From positions 1-15,670 of the IMG/VR virus record IMGVR_UViG_2778261161_000003: a DNA stretch of 15,670 nt; one strand, 5' to 3'. The notes beneath the pieces were generated by a model. The model was not told the DNA's origin and did not search any database. It saw only the letters and a program-made list of their open reading frames with translations. This DNA is from a virus (taxonomy: Duplodnaviria > Heunggongvirae > Uroviricota > Caudoviricetes). This document shows, piece after piece, positions 7,389 to 15,274 of this stretch. Position numbers and translations under genes: made by a program. The number at the start of each line of letters is the position of its first letter. Position 1 is the stretch's first letter.

Positions 7389-10182
7389 TATCCGGGTCGC
7401 TTTCAGCGCCGTTGACAGGCTGACCCGGCCTGCCGAAAACGCCCTCCGCCTGATGGGGCAGTTTGGTGACTCCATCCAGCGAACGCAGGGGGCGATCAAA
7501 AATCTCGAGCGTCAGGCGCGATCATTCGAGCGCGCCCGCGACGCTGTCAGTAAAGCGGATGCGGGCATCGTGAAAGCACGACGCCAGCTTAACGCCCTTA
7601 ATCAGTTACAACGCACGGGTACAGTGCTCAGCGAAAAACAACAAAAGCTGATGCAGCAGTTAAGCACCCGGCTTGAACGCCTGAATGAATCGCGCACACG
7701 GGAAATTCAGAAAATGCGGGAGCTTGGCGGAGAGCTGAAACGCCACGGCATTTCCCTGACAGGCAGCGATAACACCATCCAGCAGGCCATCAGACGCACC
7801 GAACAGTACAACAACCAGCTTGAACGCGAACGGCAGGCGCTTGCGCGTGTAACGCGGGCGCGTGAGCGGTATTCGCGCGCGCAGGAAACCGCGGGAAAAC
7901 TGAAAACAGGTGGTGCACTGGCAACAGGTGCGGCAGCGGCGGGCGGCTATGCTGCCGGGCGTTTTTTGCAGCCCGCGATTGGGTTCGGGAAAGAGATGTC
8001 CCGCGTTCAGGCTCTGACGCGAATCGACAAAAACAGCCCGCAGTTTAAGGCGCTGCGTGAGCAGACGTTAAAACTTGGCTCTGAAACGCAGTTCACTGCA
8101 GGCGATGCCGCCAGTGGGCAGGCATTTCTTGCAATGGCTGGCTTCACACCGCAGGCCATTCAGGCTGCGCTTCCCGGCGTGCTGAGCATGGCAACGGCTG
8201 GCGGTATGGATCTCGGCGAGACGGCGGATATTGGCTCAAATATCCTGACGCAGTTCGGCCTTTCTGCTGACCAGATGGACCGGGTCGGTGACACACTCAC
8301 CGCAGCGTTTACCCGTACCAACACTGACCTTCGCGCACTGGGCGAAACCATGAAATATGCAGGTCCGGTAGCGGGTAAGCTGGGAATATCGCTGGAGCAG
8401 GCCGCAGCGATGGCTGGCGTGTTGGCGAATATGGGTATCAGAGGGAGTGATGCTGGGACGGCAATGCGTGCCAGCCTGGCTCGTCTGGCATCACCGCCAA
8501 AGGCGGCAGCAGAGGCGCTGAAAGAGCTTGGTGTGGCTGTTTCTGACGCGAACGGCAAAATGCGCCCGATGGAGGATGTGCTGGCCGACCTTTATAAAGC
8601 CACCCGCAAATACGGGGAAGTTGACCGGGTATCGTTCTTTAAGGACATTGCCGGAGAAGAGGCTTTCACATCATTTATGGCCCTCGTTGATGCGGCAGGT
8701 GACGGCTCCCTGCCCAAACTGAGAAAAGAACTTGAAGGCGCGCGCGGTGAGGCTGAACGCACGGCAAAGGTTATGGCCAACAACCTTGACGGCGATCTGA
8801 AATCACTCAGCAGTGCATGGGAAGGGTTGCGCATCCGCATTGCAGATCTGATTGACGGTCCGCTGCGTTCTGTTACGCAGTGGCTCACGCGAGTGGTCTC
8901 AAAGGTGACGGCGCTGGCGCAGGCCCATCCCGCACTGACGCGCCAGCTACTGATAGCAGGCGGTGCGTTGCTGGCAATGACTGCAACGGTTGGCTCGTTG
9001 TCGCTGGCTATTGGTGTGCTTGCTGGCCCGCTGGCAAAACTGCGTCTTGGTTTTTCTCTCCTGACCGGATCAATGAATGCTGTCAGGGTCCTGCCAGCAC
9101 TATGGGGAATGGTGACGGGTTCCGTTTCTTTACTGGGAGGCGCTATCGGGGCGTTGTTCAGTCCGGTTGGTCTTATCGTGGCTGCGCTTGCCGGAGCTGC
9201 CGTTCTTATCTGGAAATACTGGGATCCCATCAGGGCATTTTTTGCCGGGGTGTTCAGCGGGATTATGGAAAGGCTGACCCCGTTGCGCGAAACCTTTGAA
9301 CGGTTTGGTCCTGTTTTTGACGCAATCGGAAGCGGGATCAGCCAGGTGTTTAACTGGTTTAAATCGCTGCTGTCACCGATGGAGTCCAGCAAGGAAACGC
9401 TGGATAAATGTACCAGTGCTGGCGAGATATTCGGTAACGTTCTTGGCGGTGCGTTACAACTTGTTCTGACACCTGCAAAAATGCTACTGGATACGCTGGC
9501 GTGGATACTTGAAAAACTTGGCGTCCTTCCGGATGAAGCGGAAAGGGCGCGCAAGAAAATCGAAGACGCACAGCGTGCGGCCATTCTTCAGGACAAGGTT
9601 GCCTTGCTTCAGGGGGACCTGGCGAAAATCAATCCGCCGAAGCCTGTGGAAAATGGCAATGGCACCGGAGGTGATAAACCCAAAGACAACAAACCGCTCA
9701 CAGACAGCAATACCGGGACGCTACGCAGACTCAGCAAAATTGCTGATAACACAGGTAAGCTGGTTGATGAGACGAAAAAACGCATTGGCCCCGGCGATAT
9801 TGTCTTTAAGAACCTGCCCCGAGCACTTGCTGTTCGTGGGGAGTGGCAGGAGCGGAAGATTGCGCAGGTCAGTAAGCCTGCCCCCGCAATTAATATCACA
9901 CCTGTGGTTCCGGCTCCGCTGCCTCCGGCGCTGGTCCCTGTTGTTGCGGCCAGCTCCCGCCCGGTGGCAGAGGCCATACGATCGCCAGTGGCATCAGTTC
10001 CTGCAACTTCCCGTAACCGGGAGCCTGTTGCCTCCGGATTTGGCGGTGAAATTCATGTTCATCTGCATAACGTTGTTACGCAGAATCCCCGCGAACTGGC
10101 GAAACTGGTCGGTGAAATGGTCAGGGCAGAAATGGAACGGCGCGCCCGTGCCGGGCGTGGAAGTTTTTACGATAAAGATTGA
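7375..10182 (+). CDS. T: Tail tape measure protein (P2 gpT-like)
   Basis: About 935 aa, alpha-helical N-terminal region, Gly/Ala-rich hydrophobic central segment, Pro-rich C-terminal region; position after E/E'. Start set at ATG 7375 (GGGAA 8 nt upstream); in-frame alternatives at 7366 and 7339. Confidence 0.88.
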   Translation: MKTLDIRVAFSAVDRLTRPAENALRLMGQFGDSIQRTQGAIKNLERQARSFERARDAVSKADAGIVKARRQLNALNQLQRTGTVLSEKQQKLMQQLSTRLERLNESRTREIQKMRELGGELKRHGISLTGSDNTIQQAIRRTEQYNNQLERERQALARVTRARERYSRAQETAGKLKTGGALATGAAAAGGYAAGRFLQPAIGFGKEMSRVQALTRIDKNSPQFKALREQTLKLGSETQFTAGDAASGQAFLAMAGFTPQAIQAALPGVLSMATAGGMDLGETADIGSNILTQFGLSADQMDRVGDTLTAAFTRTNTDLRALGETMKYAGPVAGKLGISLEQAAAMAGVLANMGIRGSDAGTAMRASLARLASPPKAAAEALKELGVAVSDANGKMRPMEDVLADLYKATRKYGEVDRVSFFKDIAGEEAFTSFMALVDAAGDGSLPKLRKELEGARGEAERTAKVMANNLDGDLKSLSSAWEGLRIRIADLIDGPLRSVTQWLTRVVSKVTALAQAHPALTRQLLIAGGALLAMTATVGSLSLAIGVLAGPLAKLRLGFSLLTGSMNAVRVLPALWGMVTGSVSLLGGAIGALFSPVGLIVAALAGAAVLIWKYWDPIRAFFAGVFSGIMERLTPLRETFERFGPVFDAIGSGISQVFNWFKSLLSPMESSKETLDKCTSAGEIFGNVLGGALQLVLTPAKMLLDTLAWILEKLGVLPDEAERARKKIEDAQRAAILQDKVALLQGDLAKINPPKPVENGNGTGGDKPKDNKPLTDSNTGTLRRLSKIADNTGKLVDETKKRIGPGDIVFKNLPRALAVRGEWQERKIAQVSKPAPAINITPVVPAPLPPALVPVVAASSRPVAEAIRSPVASVPATSRNREPVASGFGGEIHVHLHNVVTQNPRELAKLVGEMVRAEMERRARAGRGSFYDKD

Positions 10183-10194
10183 GGAGTCATGGCC

Positions 10195-10683
10195 ATGATG
10201 ATGATCTACGGCATGTTTGTTTTTGAGCTGCGCACGCTGCCGCATCAGCAGTTACAGCAAAACAAAAGCTGGCGGCATGTGAAAAATGAACGCGTTAACC
10301 GTTCAGCAAGCTGGCAGTATATCGGTGCAGGTGATGATCGCATCGTGCTTTCTGGTGTGCTTTATCCTGAAATTACAGGTGGCGAAGTGTCGCTGTCGCT
10401 GCTGACCACGCAGGCGTATACAGGACGACCCTGGCCTTTGATTGATGGTGTCGGGCAGATTTACGGCATGTATGTCCTGACCGGAACGAATACGACCCGT
10501 TCCGAGTTTGATCGCTACGGTAAGGCGAAAAAGATAGAATTTTCACTGACCCTTGAACGCTGTGATGAGGATTTGCGGGAGCGCCTGCAATCCTCATCGT
10601 TCAGCGATATGCTGTCCGGCTTCAAAGATAAGGTGACATCATCTCTTAACAGCGCGGCCAGTTCAGTTAAAGGACTGTTCTGA
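10195..10683 (+). CDS. U: Tail protein U (P2 gpU-like)
   Basis: MAMMMIYGMFVFELRTLPHQQLQ, GAGDDRIVLSGVLYPEITGG and WPLIDGVGQIYGMYVLTG resemble P2 gpU. SD GAGGAG (10181-10186) is 8 nt before ATG 10195; ATG 10189 is an in-frame alternative. Confidence 0.88.
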   Translation: MMMIYGMFVFELRTLPHQQLQQNKSWRHVKNERVNRSASWQYIGAGDDRIVLSGVLYPEITGGEVSLSLLTTQAYTGRPWPLIDGVGQIYGMYVLTGTNTTRSEFDRYGKAKKIEFSLTLERCDEDLRERLQSSSFSDMLSGFKDKVTSSLNSAASSVKGLF

Positions 10684-10692
10684 TTTTACATT

Positions 10693-10737
10693 GCCGCCAA
10701 TACCCTCATATTGGGTAATGGGCGGCTTGTTGTTATA
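10693..10737. terminator. Stem-loop between convergent U and glycosyltransferase genes; probable bidirectional terminator
   Basis: GCCGCCAATACCC / GGGTAATGGGCGGC imperfect hairpin (10693-10726) followed by a T-rich run TTGTTGTTATAT. Confidence 0.5.
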
Positions 10738-10779
10738 TAATATATCGTAGGTCCTGATAAAACTGTTGAGGTTTCTACT

Positions 10780-12018
10780 TTATAAAGAATTGCTACTTTC
10801 TAATTCTGGGTTTCTGGAACTATTTTTACAACCTAAATCCGAGTGGTAATTCGGTATATCGTTTGTCAAATCTTGTTTGATAGCATTAATTAAGATCATT
10901 ATGTCGAATTTATGCATATCGTCGCCCCCTTCAGACCTTAGATGTTCGGATGTGGTGAGTTGAGTCGCTAATTTGCTGTTTGGCCCCCACACAATATTAT
11001 TTTCGAATTTTCCTTCATGCATTCTGTTATTATATATACAGTATTGTCTAATGTTTAATGCACTGGCTAAATGTACAATGGCAGTATCTACAGTTATAAC
11101 AAAATCAGCATGGCGAACCAATGCAAATGAACATCCGGCATCAGAAAATGGAGATAGAGACACATTATCCAATCCATTGTGATTAATCTGTTTTCCCATA
11201 TTAAAAACTATTGTGTGATATCCCTTAAGGTTATTAAGGTAAGCTAGTACTTTTTTTATCTGTTCATCAGATAAGGTTCTGCTATTCTGAGAGCCATAAG
11301 GGTTAAATATAACTAATTTTTTGTTTTTTTTTCTGAATTCATTTGCAACAATATTTGCTGGTTCATATATTTTGTTGTCAAAATTAAGCGCTGCAGCATA
11401 ATTATTATTTTTTATCTTTAGTAAAGATAAAACTTTTTTCATTCTTTCAGATGTGTGAATGGAACGATTATCGATTATATTTGTATCAAAAATAGTTACG
11501 GCAGGATGATTAAAACAGATAGAGTGTTTAGGTCTAAGTAAATGTAGTGTTTGCAATCTGGTTATCGCTGTGTTATCAAAATTTGAGAAGTCAACAACAA
11601 GATCTACATTCAGTTTTTTTATCTTTGCTTTTAGTTCGTTAAATTTATTTTTCTCGTAAGATATAAAGGCATCCACGCCAACAATGTCAGTAAAGAGGAA
11701 TGATACTCTTGAAGGTGCTATCACATATACCACCATACCGGATTTTTGAAGTTGTTTAATAAACCCTGAGGTAACGATGCCGTCACCAATGGCTTGCATG
11801 TGCATGAAAATGCACACTGTTTTATAACTATCCGGCTGTAATGATGTTTTCCTTCTGTATCGCATTTTTAGAAATGCCAGTCTGGCCTTCGTCTTTATCT
11901 TTTTTGTTTTAATATTTCGCTGTCTGTTAAGCTGTTTTAACGATGAAATAACATTCATAATGGTACCCTGAAATTCCAAATCACACATGTCATCCGTAAT
12001 GAGCAGGGTACTATACAA
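10780..12018 (-). CDS. GT-B-fold glycosyltransferase, family 9 (heptosyltransferase-like) with N- and C-terminal extensions; AT-rich cargo gene
   Basis: N-terminal KTVCIFMHMQAIGDGIVTSGFIKQL resembles the GT9 motif (ILIIRLSSLGDV type). C-terminal FALVRHADFVITVDTAIVHLASALNIRQYCIY resembles the GT9 nucleotide-sugar-binding motif (GNDSG.MHLAAAL type). Start uncertain: TTG 12018, ATG 11988 or ATG 11958, all with weak SD. Confidence 0.65.
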   Translation of the reverse strand: MYSTLLITDDMCDLEFQGTIMNVISSLKQLNRQRNIKTKKIKTKARLAFLKMRYRRKTSLQPDSYKTVCIFMHMQAIGDGIVTSGFIKQLQKSGMVVYVIAPSRVSFLFTDIVGVDAFISYEKNKFNELKAKIKKLNVDLVVDFSNFDNTAITRLQTLHLLRPKHSICFNHPAVTIFDTNIIDNRSIHTSERMKKVLSLLKIKNNNYAAALNFDNKIYEPANIVANEFRKKNKKLVIFNPYGSQNSRTLSDEQIKKVLAYLNNLKGYHTIVFNMGKQINHNGLDNVSLSPFSDAGCSFALVRHADFVITVDTAIVHLASALNIRQYCIYNNRMHEGKFENNIVWGPNSKLATQLTTSEHLRSEGGDDMHKFDIMILINAIKQDLTNDIPNYHSDLGCKNSSRNPELESSNSL

Positions 12019-12052
12019 AAAACTGGACTACAATGGTTTGAAATGAAAGCCT

Positions 12053-12652
12053 TTATGCTTGTTTACTCCTTGATTCCACTGGGGAAGCTGGCCACTCAAT
12101 ATCCGGTGCTCTTGATGTATCAACACGGTTCAGCAGCACTCGATACTTCTTCCATGCCACCAGTAACGATGTTTCTTCCTCTGTTGCAATATTCAAATCT
12201 ACGGCATCTTGAAGTGGCGAAATATGCTCACTGGCTACCTGCATGAGGCTGTTTTTTGTTTCTTCCGCCTCCCGTATCCGGAACACTTTTTCTGCTTCCG
12301 TATCCTTCACCCAGGCTATGCCGTTCCACTTCTGATATTCCCCTTCCGGCGACAACCAGGTGACATTTTCCGGTAACGGACCGAGTTCAGAAATAAATAA
12401 CGCGTCGCCGGAAGCCACGTCATAAACCGTTTTACCACGATGATCTTCAACGAGATGCCAGGACGCCCCATCACTGTTGAAAACAGCCACGAAGCCAGCT
12501 GGAATATCTGGCGGAGCAATATCAGTACTATTTGCAGGCAGACCTGTATGAGGTGGAATGTATGCATCACCTTCACCAATAAATTCATTGGTTCCGACCA
12601 GCAGATTATAAATTTTTATGGTCCGTGATTGTTCACTCATTCTGAATGTCAT
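12053..12652 (-). CDS. tfa: Tail fibre assembly chaperone (lambda Tfa / P2 gpG family)
   Basis: [51 protein letters not shown] and C-terminal [36 protein letters not shown] match lambdoid Tfa proteins closely. Start ATG overlaps the fibre stop (TAATG). Confidence 0.9.
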   Translation of the reverse strand: MTFRMSEQSRTIKIYNLLVGTNEFIGEGDAYIPPHTGLPANSTDIAPPDIPAGFVAVFNSDGASWHLVEDHRGKTVYDVASGDALFISELGPLPENVTWLSPEGEYQKWNGIAWVKDTEAEKVFRIREAEETKNSLMQVASEHISPLQDAVDLNIATEEETSLLVAWKKYRVLLNRVDTSRAPDIEWPASPVESRSKQA

Positions 12653-13734
12653 TATGCAAGCCTCACAATATAGTTAAATGCGATGTTTTTTACGGTGTTT
12701 TCTGCGTTCCCCGTAGCATTAACGGTGATGGTGTGTCCGTGGGGACCAATAATGACAGAATGGGCATGAGCACCAATGCCGATAGTGTGGTTATGGGCAC
12801 CGATATATACATTGTGAGCATGCCCTCCTGCGCTCGACGTGGTACCAGTACCTAACGCAGCGTTATAACCGGCTGATACACCATTCCCCGCGCCAGTGTG
12901 ACCAACAGGTATATTGTGTGAATGAGCTCCTGCGCTATTTGTGGTTTTTGTGCCGTAATCAAATGAACTGGTCGTTTTAGTACCGTAATCAAACGACGAT
13001 GTGGTTTTCGTCCCCAAATCAGTACTGGATGCGCTGGCGCTGTGGGTGTGCGATTTAATGCCGTCCTGTTCCTGAGACAATACGGCACGACCACTGGCAG
13101 GTTTGCCCTTGATAGTCCAGCCACGCATATCAGGGATCACGCCTGACGGATAAGCGACTGCAAGTTTCGGGTATGCAGATTTGTCAAAAGTCTGCCCCTG
13201 CATCAGGGCATAACCAGACGGAACGGTATCTGATGGCCACGGAATCGGTGCACCGACTGGATAAAACTCTTCAGGAGGATGAGCCGAGGTGTAAAGCTGC
13301 GCCCACGGCGACCAGTTTGCGTCGGTCGTATCCCGTCGTGAACGAATAAATGCCGGAGCATGAGCACCGCTTATACCACTCCAGCCGATGAGTAATTCGC
13401 CTTCGCCAACGGCTGTCATCCCTTTCAGGTGAATGATATTTCCATACGCTGTTGGATATCCGTTGTTATACGCCTCGTATAACTCCAGACCTGTGGCCCC
13501 CTGCATATTATCTGTCAGGGCGGTCAGCCGACCTTTTGAAGCCAGATTAACTGACGATACTGCTGTCCCATCTGACGGTAACGCCCCGATCTCTGATGCT
13601 GTTGGCTTATTCCTGGAGTTATAGTCCCTTCGCCAGCCAGGAGCATAAGCATCACCATGATTAATATAAGTAAATTGAGCATTAGGGATGCCTTCACCGC
13701 TGGATGTACTCGGTGTGGTAATGCGTATGGTCAT
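12652..13734 (-). CDS. Short tail fibre protein (360 aa) with tail-collar-like region and His-rich C-terminal tip
   Basis: [34 protein letters not shown]...IPDMRGW resembles the phage tail-collar domain. Followed by [10 protein letters not shown] tandem repeats and GAHxH/GHxH repeats typical of fibre tips. Much shorter than P2 gpH (669 aa). Confidence 0.8.
   Translation of the reverse strand: MTIRITTPSTSSGEGIPNAQFTYINHGDAYAPGWRRDYNSRNKPTASEIGALPSDGTAVSSVNLASKGRLTALTDNMQGATGLELYEAYNNGYPTAYGNIIHLKGMTAVGEGELLIGWSGISGAHAPAFIRSRRDTTDANWSPWAQLYTSAHPPEEFYPVGAPIPWPSDTVPSGYALMQGQTFDKSAYPKLAVAYPSGVIPDMRGWTIKGKPASGRAVLSQEQDGIKSHTHSASASSTDLGTKTTSSFDYGTKTTSSFDYGTKTTNSAGAHSHNIPVGHTGAGNGVSAGYNAALGTGTTSSAGGHAHNVYIGAHNHTIGIGAHAHSVIIGPHGHTITVNATGNAENTVKNIAFNYIVRLA
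12936..13025 (-). repeat. Intragenic tandem repeat, about 3 x 30 bp, in the tail fibre gene
   Basis: CCGTAATCAAA recurs at 12953-12963 and 12983-12993 with a degenerate third copy at about 13012-13022; encodes [10 protein letters not shown] / [10 protein letters not shown] / [10 protein letters not shown]. Confidence 0.6.
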
Positions 13735-13835
13735 TGCGCCGCGGGTGCCAATAACCCATGCTCATCGCGGTAGGGATAGAACGCTGCTAAACGCTCAAAG
13801 TCTGCCTGTTCGTGTGTGTTCAGGACTTTTGCCAT
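13731..13835 (-). CDS. 34-aa ORF translationally coupled to the tail fibre gene; possible remnant of an early (cox-position) gene
   Basis: [34 protein letters not shown]; its TGA overlaps the fibre ATG (ATGA at 13734-13731). Sits where cox lies in P2, divergent from C. No convincing homology recognised. Confidence 0.3.
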   Translation of the reverse strand: MAKVLNTHEQADFERLAAFYPYRDEHGLLAPAAQ

Positions 13836-13875
13836 GTGTGATAACCTGCGCTATCTGTGGTTGTTTGTGACTTGG

Positions 13876-13893
13876 TGTACTTATAAGTACACC
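13876..13893. promoter_or_regulatory. Operator candidate O1: perfect 18-bp palindrome GTGTACTTATAAGTACAC
   Basis: Perfect dyad in the short divergent region between the 34-aa ORF and C. Confidence 0.5.
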
Positions 13894-13908
13894 TTGTGCG
13901 CAAGCTTA

Positions 13909-13926
13909 GTGTACTTATAGGAACAC
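13909..13926. promoter_or_regulatory. Operator candidate O2: GTGTACTTATAGGAACAC (16/18 identical to O1)
   Basis: Second copy 33 bp centre-to-centre from O1, overlapping the C ribosome-binding site (AGGAA). Confidence 0.45.
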
Positions 13927-13931
13927 TGTCA

Positions 13932-14240
13932 ATGCTTATCGGTGAAAAAATTAGAGTGATTCGTGAATCAGAGGATTTAACGCGCGAAGAATTTTGCGGC
14001 CTGATTGATGTGCCTATCGGCACTTTGCGTCGTTATGAAACGGGGCGGATTGAAAACATAGGGGGCGAAGTGCTTATCAAGATTGTTAATCACCCTCGCT
14101 TTTTTAAGTACATGAATTGGCTTATGACGGGAAAAACAAATGAGGCTGCTGGGCAGATCAGTCCGTCTCTCTCCCCTGATGGGCCAAAAAGCACATCGCC
14201 TTCTCAAAAACCCCGCAAGACTGGCACACAGCCCGGCTAA
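13932..14240 (+). CDS. C: P2 C-type immunity repressor
   Basis: About 102 aa; N-terminal HTH (GEKIRVIRESEDLTREEFCGLIDVPIGTLRRYETG) and C-terminal FFKYMNWLMTGK...GQISPSL parallel P2 C (FTKYTLWFMTNQ...GQIAPAL). Start ATG 13932 with SD AGGAA 8 nt upstream; located immediately upstream of int. Confidence 0.85.
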   Translation: MLIGEKIRVIRESEDLTREEFCGLIDVPIGTLRRYETGRIENIGGEVLIKIVNHPRFFKYMNWLMTGKTNEAAGQISPSLSPDGPKSTSPSQKPRKTGTQPG

Positions 14241-14289
14241 TCATGGAGCGCTGGGGGCATGGTGGTCTTGTAACGCTGGGGTTTCACGA

Positions 14290-15264
14290 ATGAGCATAAA
14301 ATCAATTCCGGGAGGGTATCTTCTTGACATGCGCCCGGAGGGGCGTAAAGGCAAACGCATTCGTAAAAAATTTAAAACGAAATCGGATGCAGTTTTATAT
14401 GAGCGGTGGGTGCTGGCGCAACAGCATAACAATGAGTGGAAAGGAAACTCCATTGATCGCCGTCCGCTGTCAGTGCTTATTGACTTGTGGTGGAAATACC
14501 ACGGCCAGCTAATGAAGTCAGGGCATAACACGCGCCTTAAATTGCTGCGCTTGAGTGAGGCAATGGATGACCCGTGCGTGCATAAACTTAATACAACGAT
14601 GCTCACCGAGCTACGTGTGTCCAGGATAGAGCAGGGGATACAGCCCAGCACCATAAATCGAGAGATTGGGGCGTTAAGCGCGATGTTTACCGCACTCATC
14701 TCATCCGGCCATTTTCTTAACGATAACCCCGTTCAAGGCCTTAAAGGAATGAAGGTTAACGAGCGCGAAATGGGATATCTGAGTAAGTCTGAATGTGTTC
14801 AGTTGCTGGATGCACTGGCTGAAAATCCCGATGAACGGCTGGCTGTCGAAATCCTTCTGTCGACCGGGGCGCGATGGGGCGAGGTAGCGGCACTGGAGCA
14901 GCGCCGTGTTCTTCATTGTCGAATCACTTTTTCAAAAACGAAGAACAGCAAAAACCGTACCGTTCCTATTTCTGAAAGCCTGTTTGAAAAGATCAAAATA
15001 CGGGGCGGGAAACTGGTGTTTCCGACGCTGGATTATCCATTGGTTCGCGATGTCATCAAAACGGTCGCACCTGATGTTCCTGACGGCCAGGCTGTTCATG
15101 CGCTGCGCCACACCTTCGCCAGTCATTTCATGATGAACGGCGGCAATATTCTGACGCTCCAGAAAATTCTGGGGCACGCAAAGATTCAGACAACGATGAT
15201 TTATGCCCATCTTGCGCCGGATTACTTGCAGGATGCGGTGAGATTTAATCCTATTGCTGGGTAA
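14290..15264 (+). CDS. int: Tyrosine recombinase, P2 Int family
   Basis: MSIKSIPGGYLLDMRPEGRKGKRIRKKFKTKSDA N-terminus and catalytic motifs LSTGARWGEVAAL, HALRHTFASHFMMNGG, LGHAKIQTTMIYAHL are collinear with P2 integrase. Start placed at ATG 14290; the track ORF begins upstream at 14140. Confidence 0.9.
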   Translation: MSIKSIPGGYLLDMRPEGRKGKRIRKKFKTKSDAVLYERWVLAQQHNNEWKGNSIDRRPLSVLIDLWWKYHGQLMKSGHNTRLKLLRLSEAMDDPCVHKLNTTMLTELRVSRIEQGIQPSTINREIGALSAMFTALISSGHFLNDNPVQGLKGMKVNEREMGYLSKSECVQLLDALAENPDERLAVEILLSTGARWGEVAALEQRRVLHCRITFSKTKNSKNRTVPISESLFEKIKIRGGKLVFPTLDYPLVRDVIKTVAPDVPDGQAVHALRHTFASHFMMNGGNILTLQKILGHAKIQTTMIYAHLAPDYLQDAVRFNPIAG

Positions 15265-15274
15265 GGAGGATGTT

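Larger units (their letters stand above)
660..15264. mobile_element. P2-family prophage remnant: integration, immunity and tail module only, with AT-rich cargo insertions
   Basis: Contains P2-type int, C, ogr, FI, FII, E/E', T, U, D, tail fibre and tfa. No capsid, baseplate, replication or lysis genes are present inside it. Exact att boundaries were not determined. Confidence 0.7.

Noticed and set aside
8592-9584. 330-aa minus-strand ORF (and 132-aa ORF at 8160-8558) inside the tape-measure gene
   Set aside because: Antisense to a well-supported gene in G+C-rich DNA; the product is low-complexity Ser/Ala/Pro/Arg-rich, typical of a spurious open frame.
9509-10198. 229-aa plus-strand ORF in an alternative frame of the tape-measure 3' end
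   Set aside because: Fully nested out-of-frame within gpT; Arg/Leu/Pro-rich composition typical of an off-frame artefact; no ribosome-binding site.
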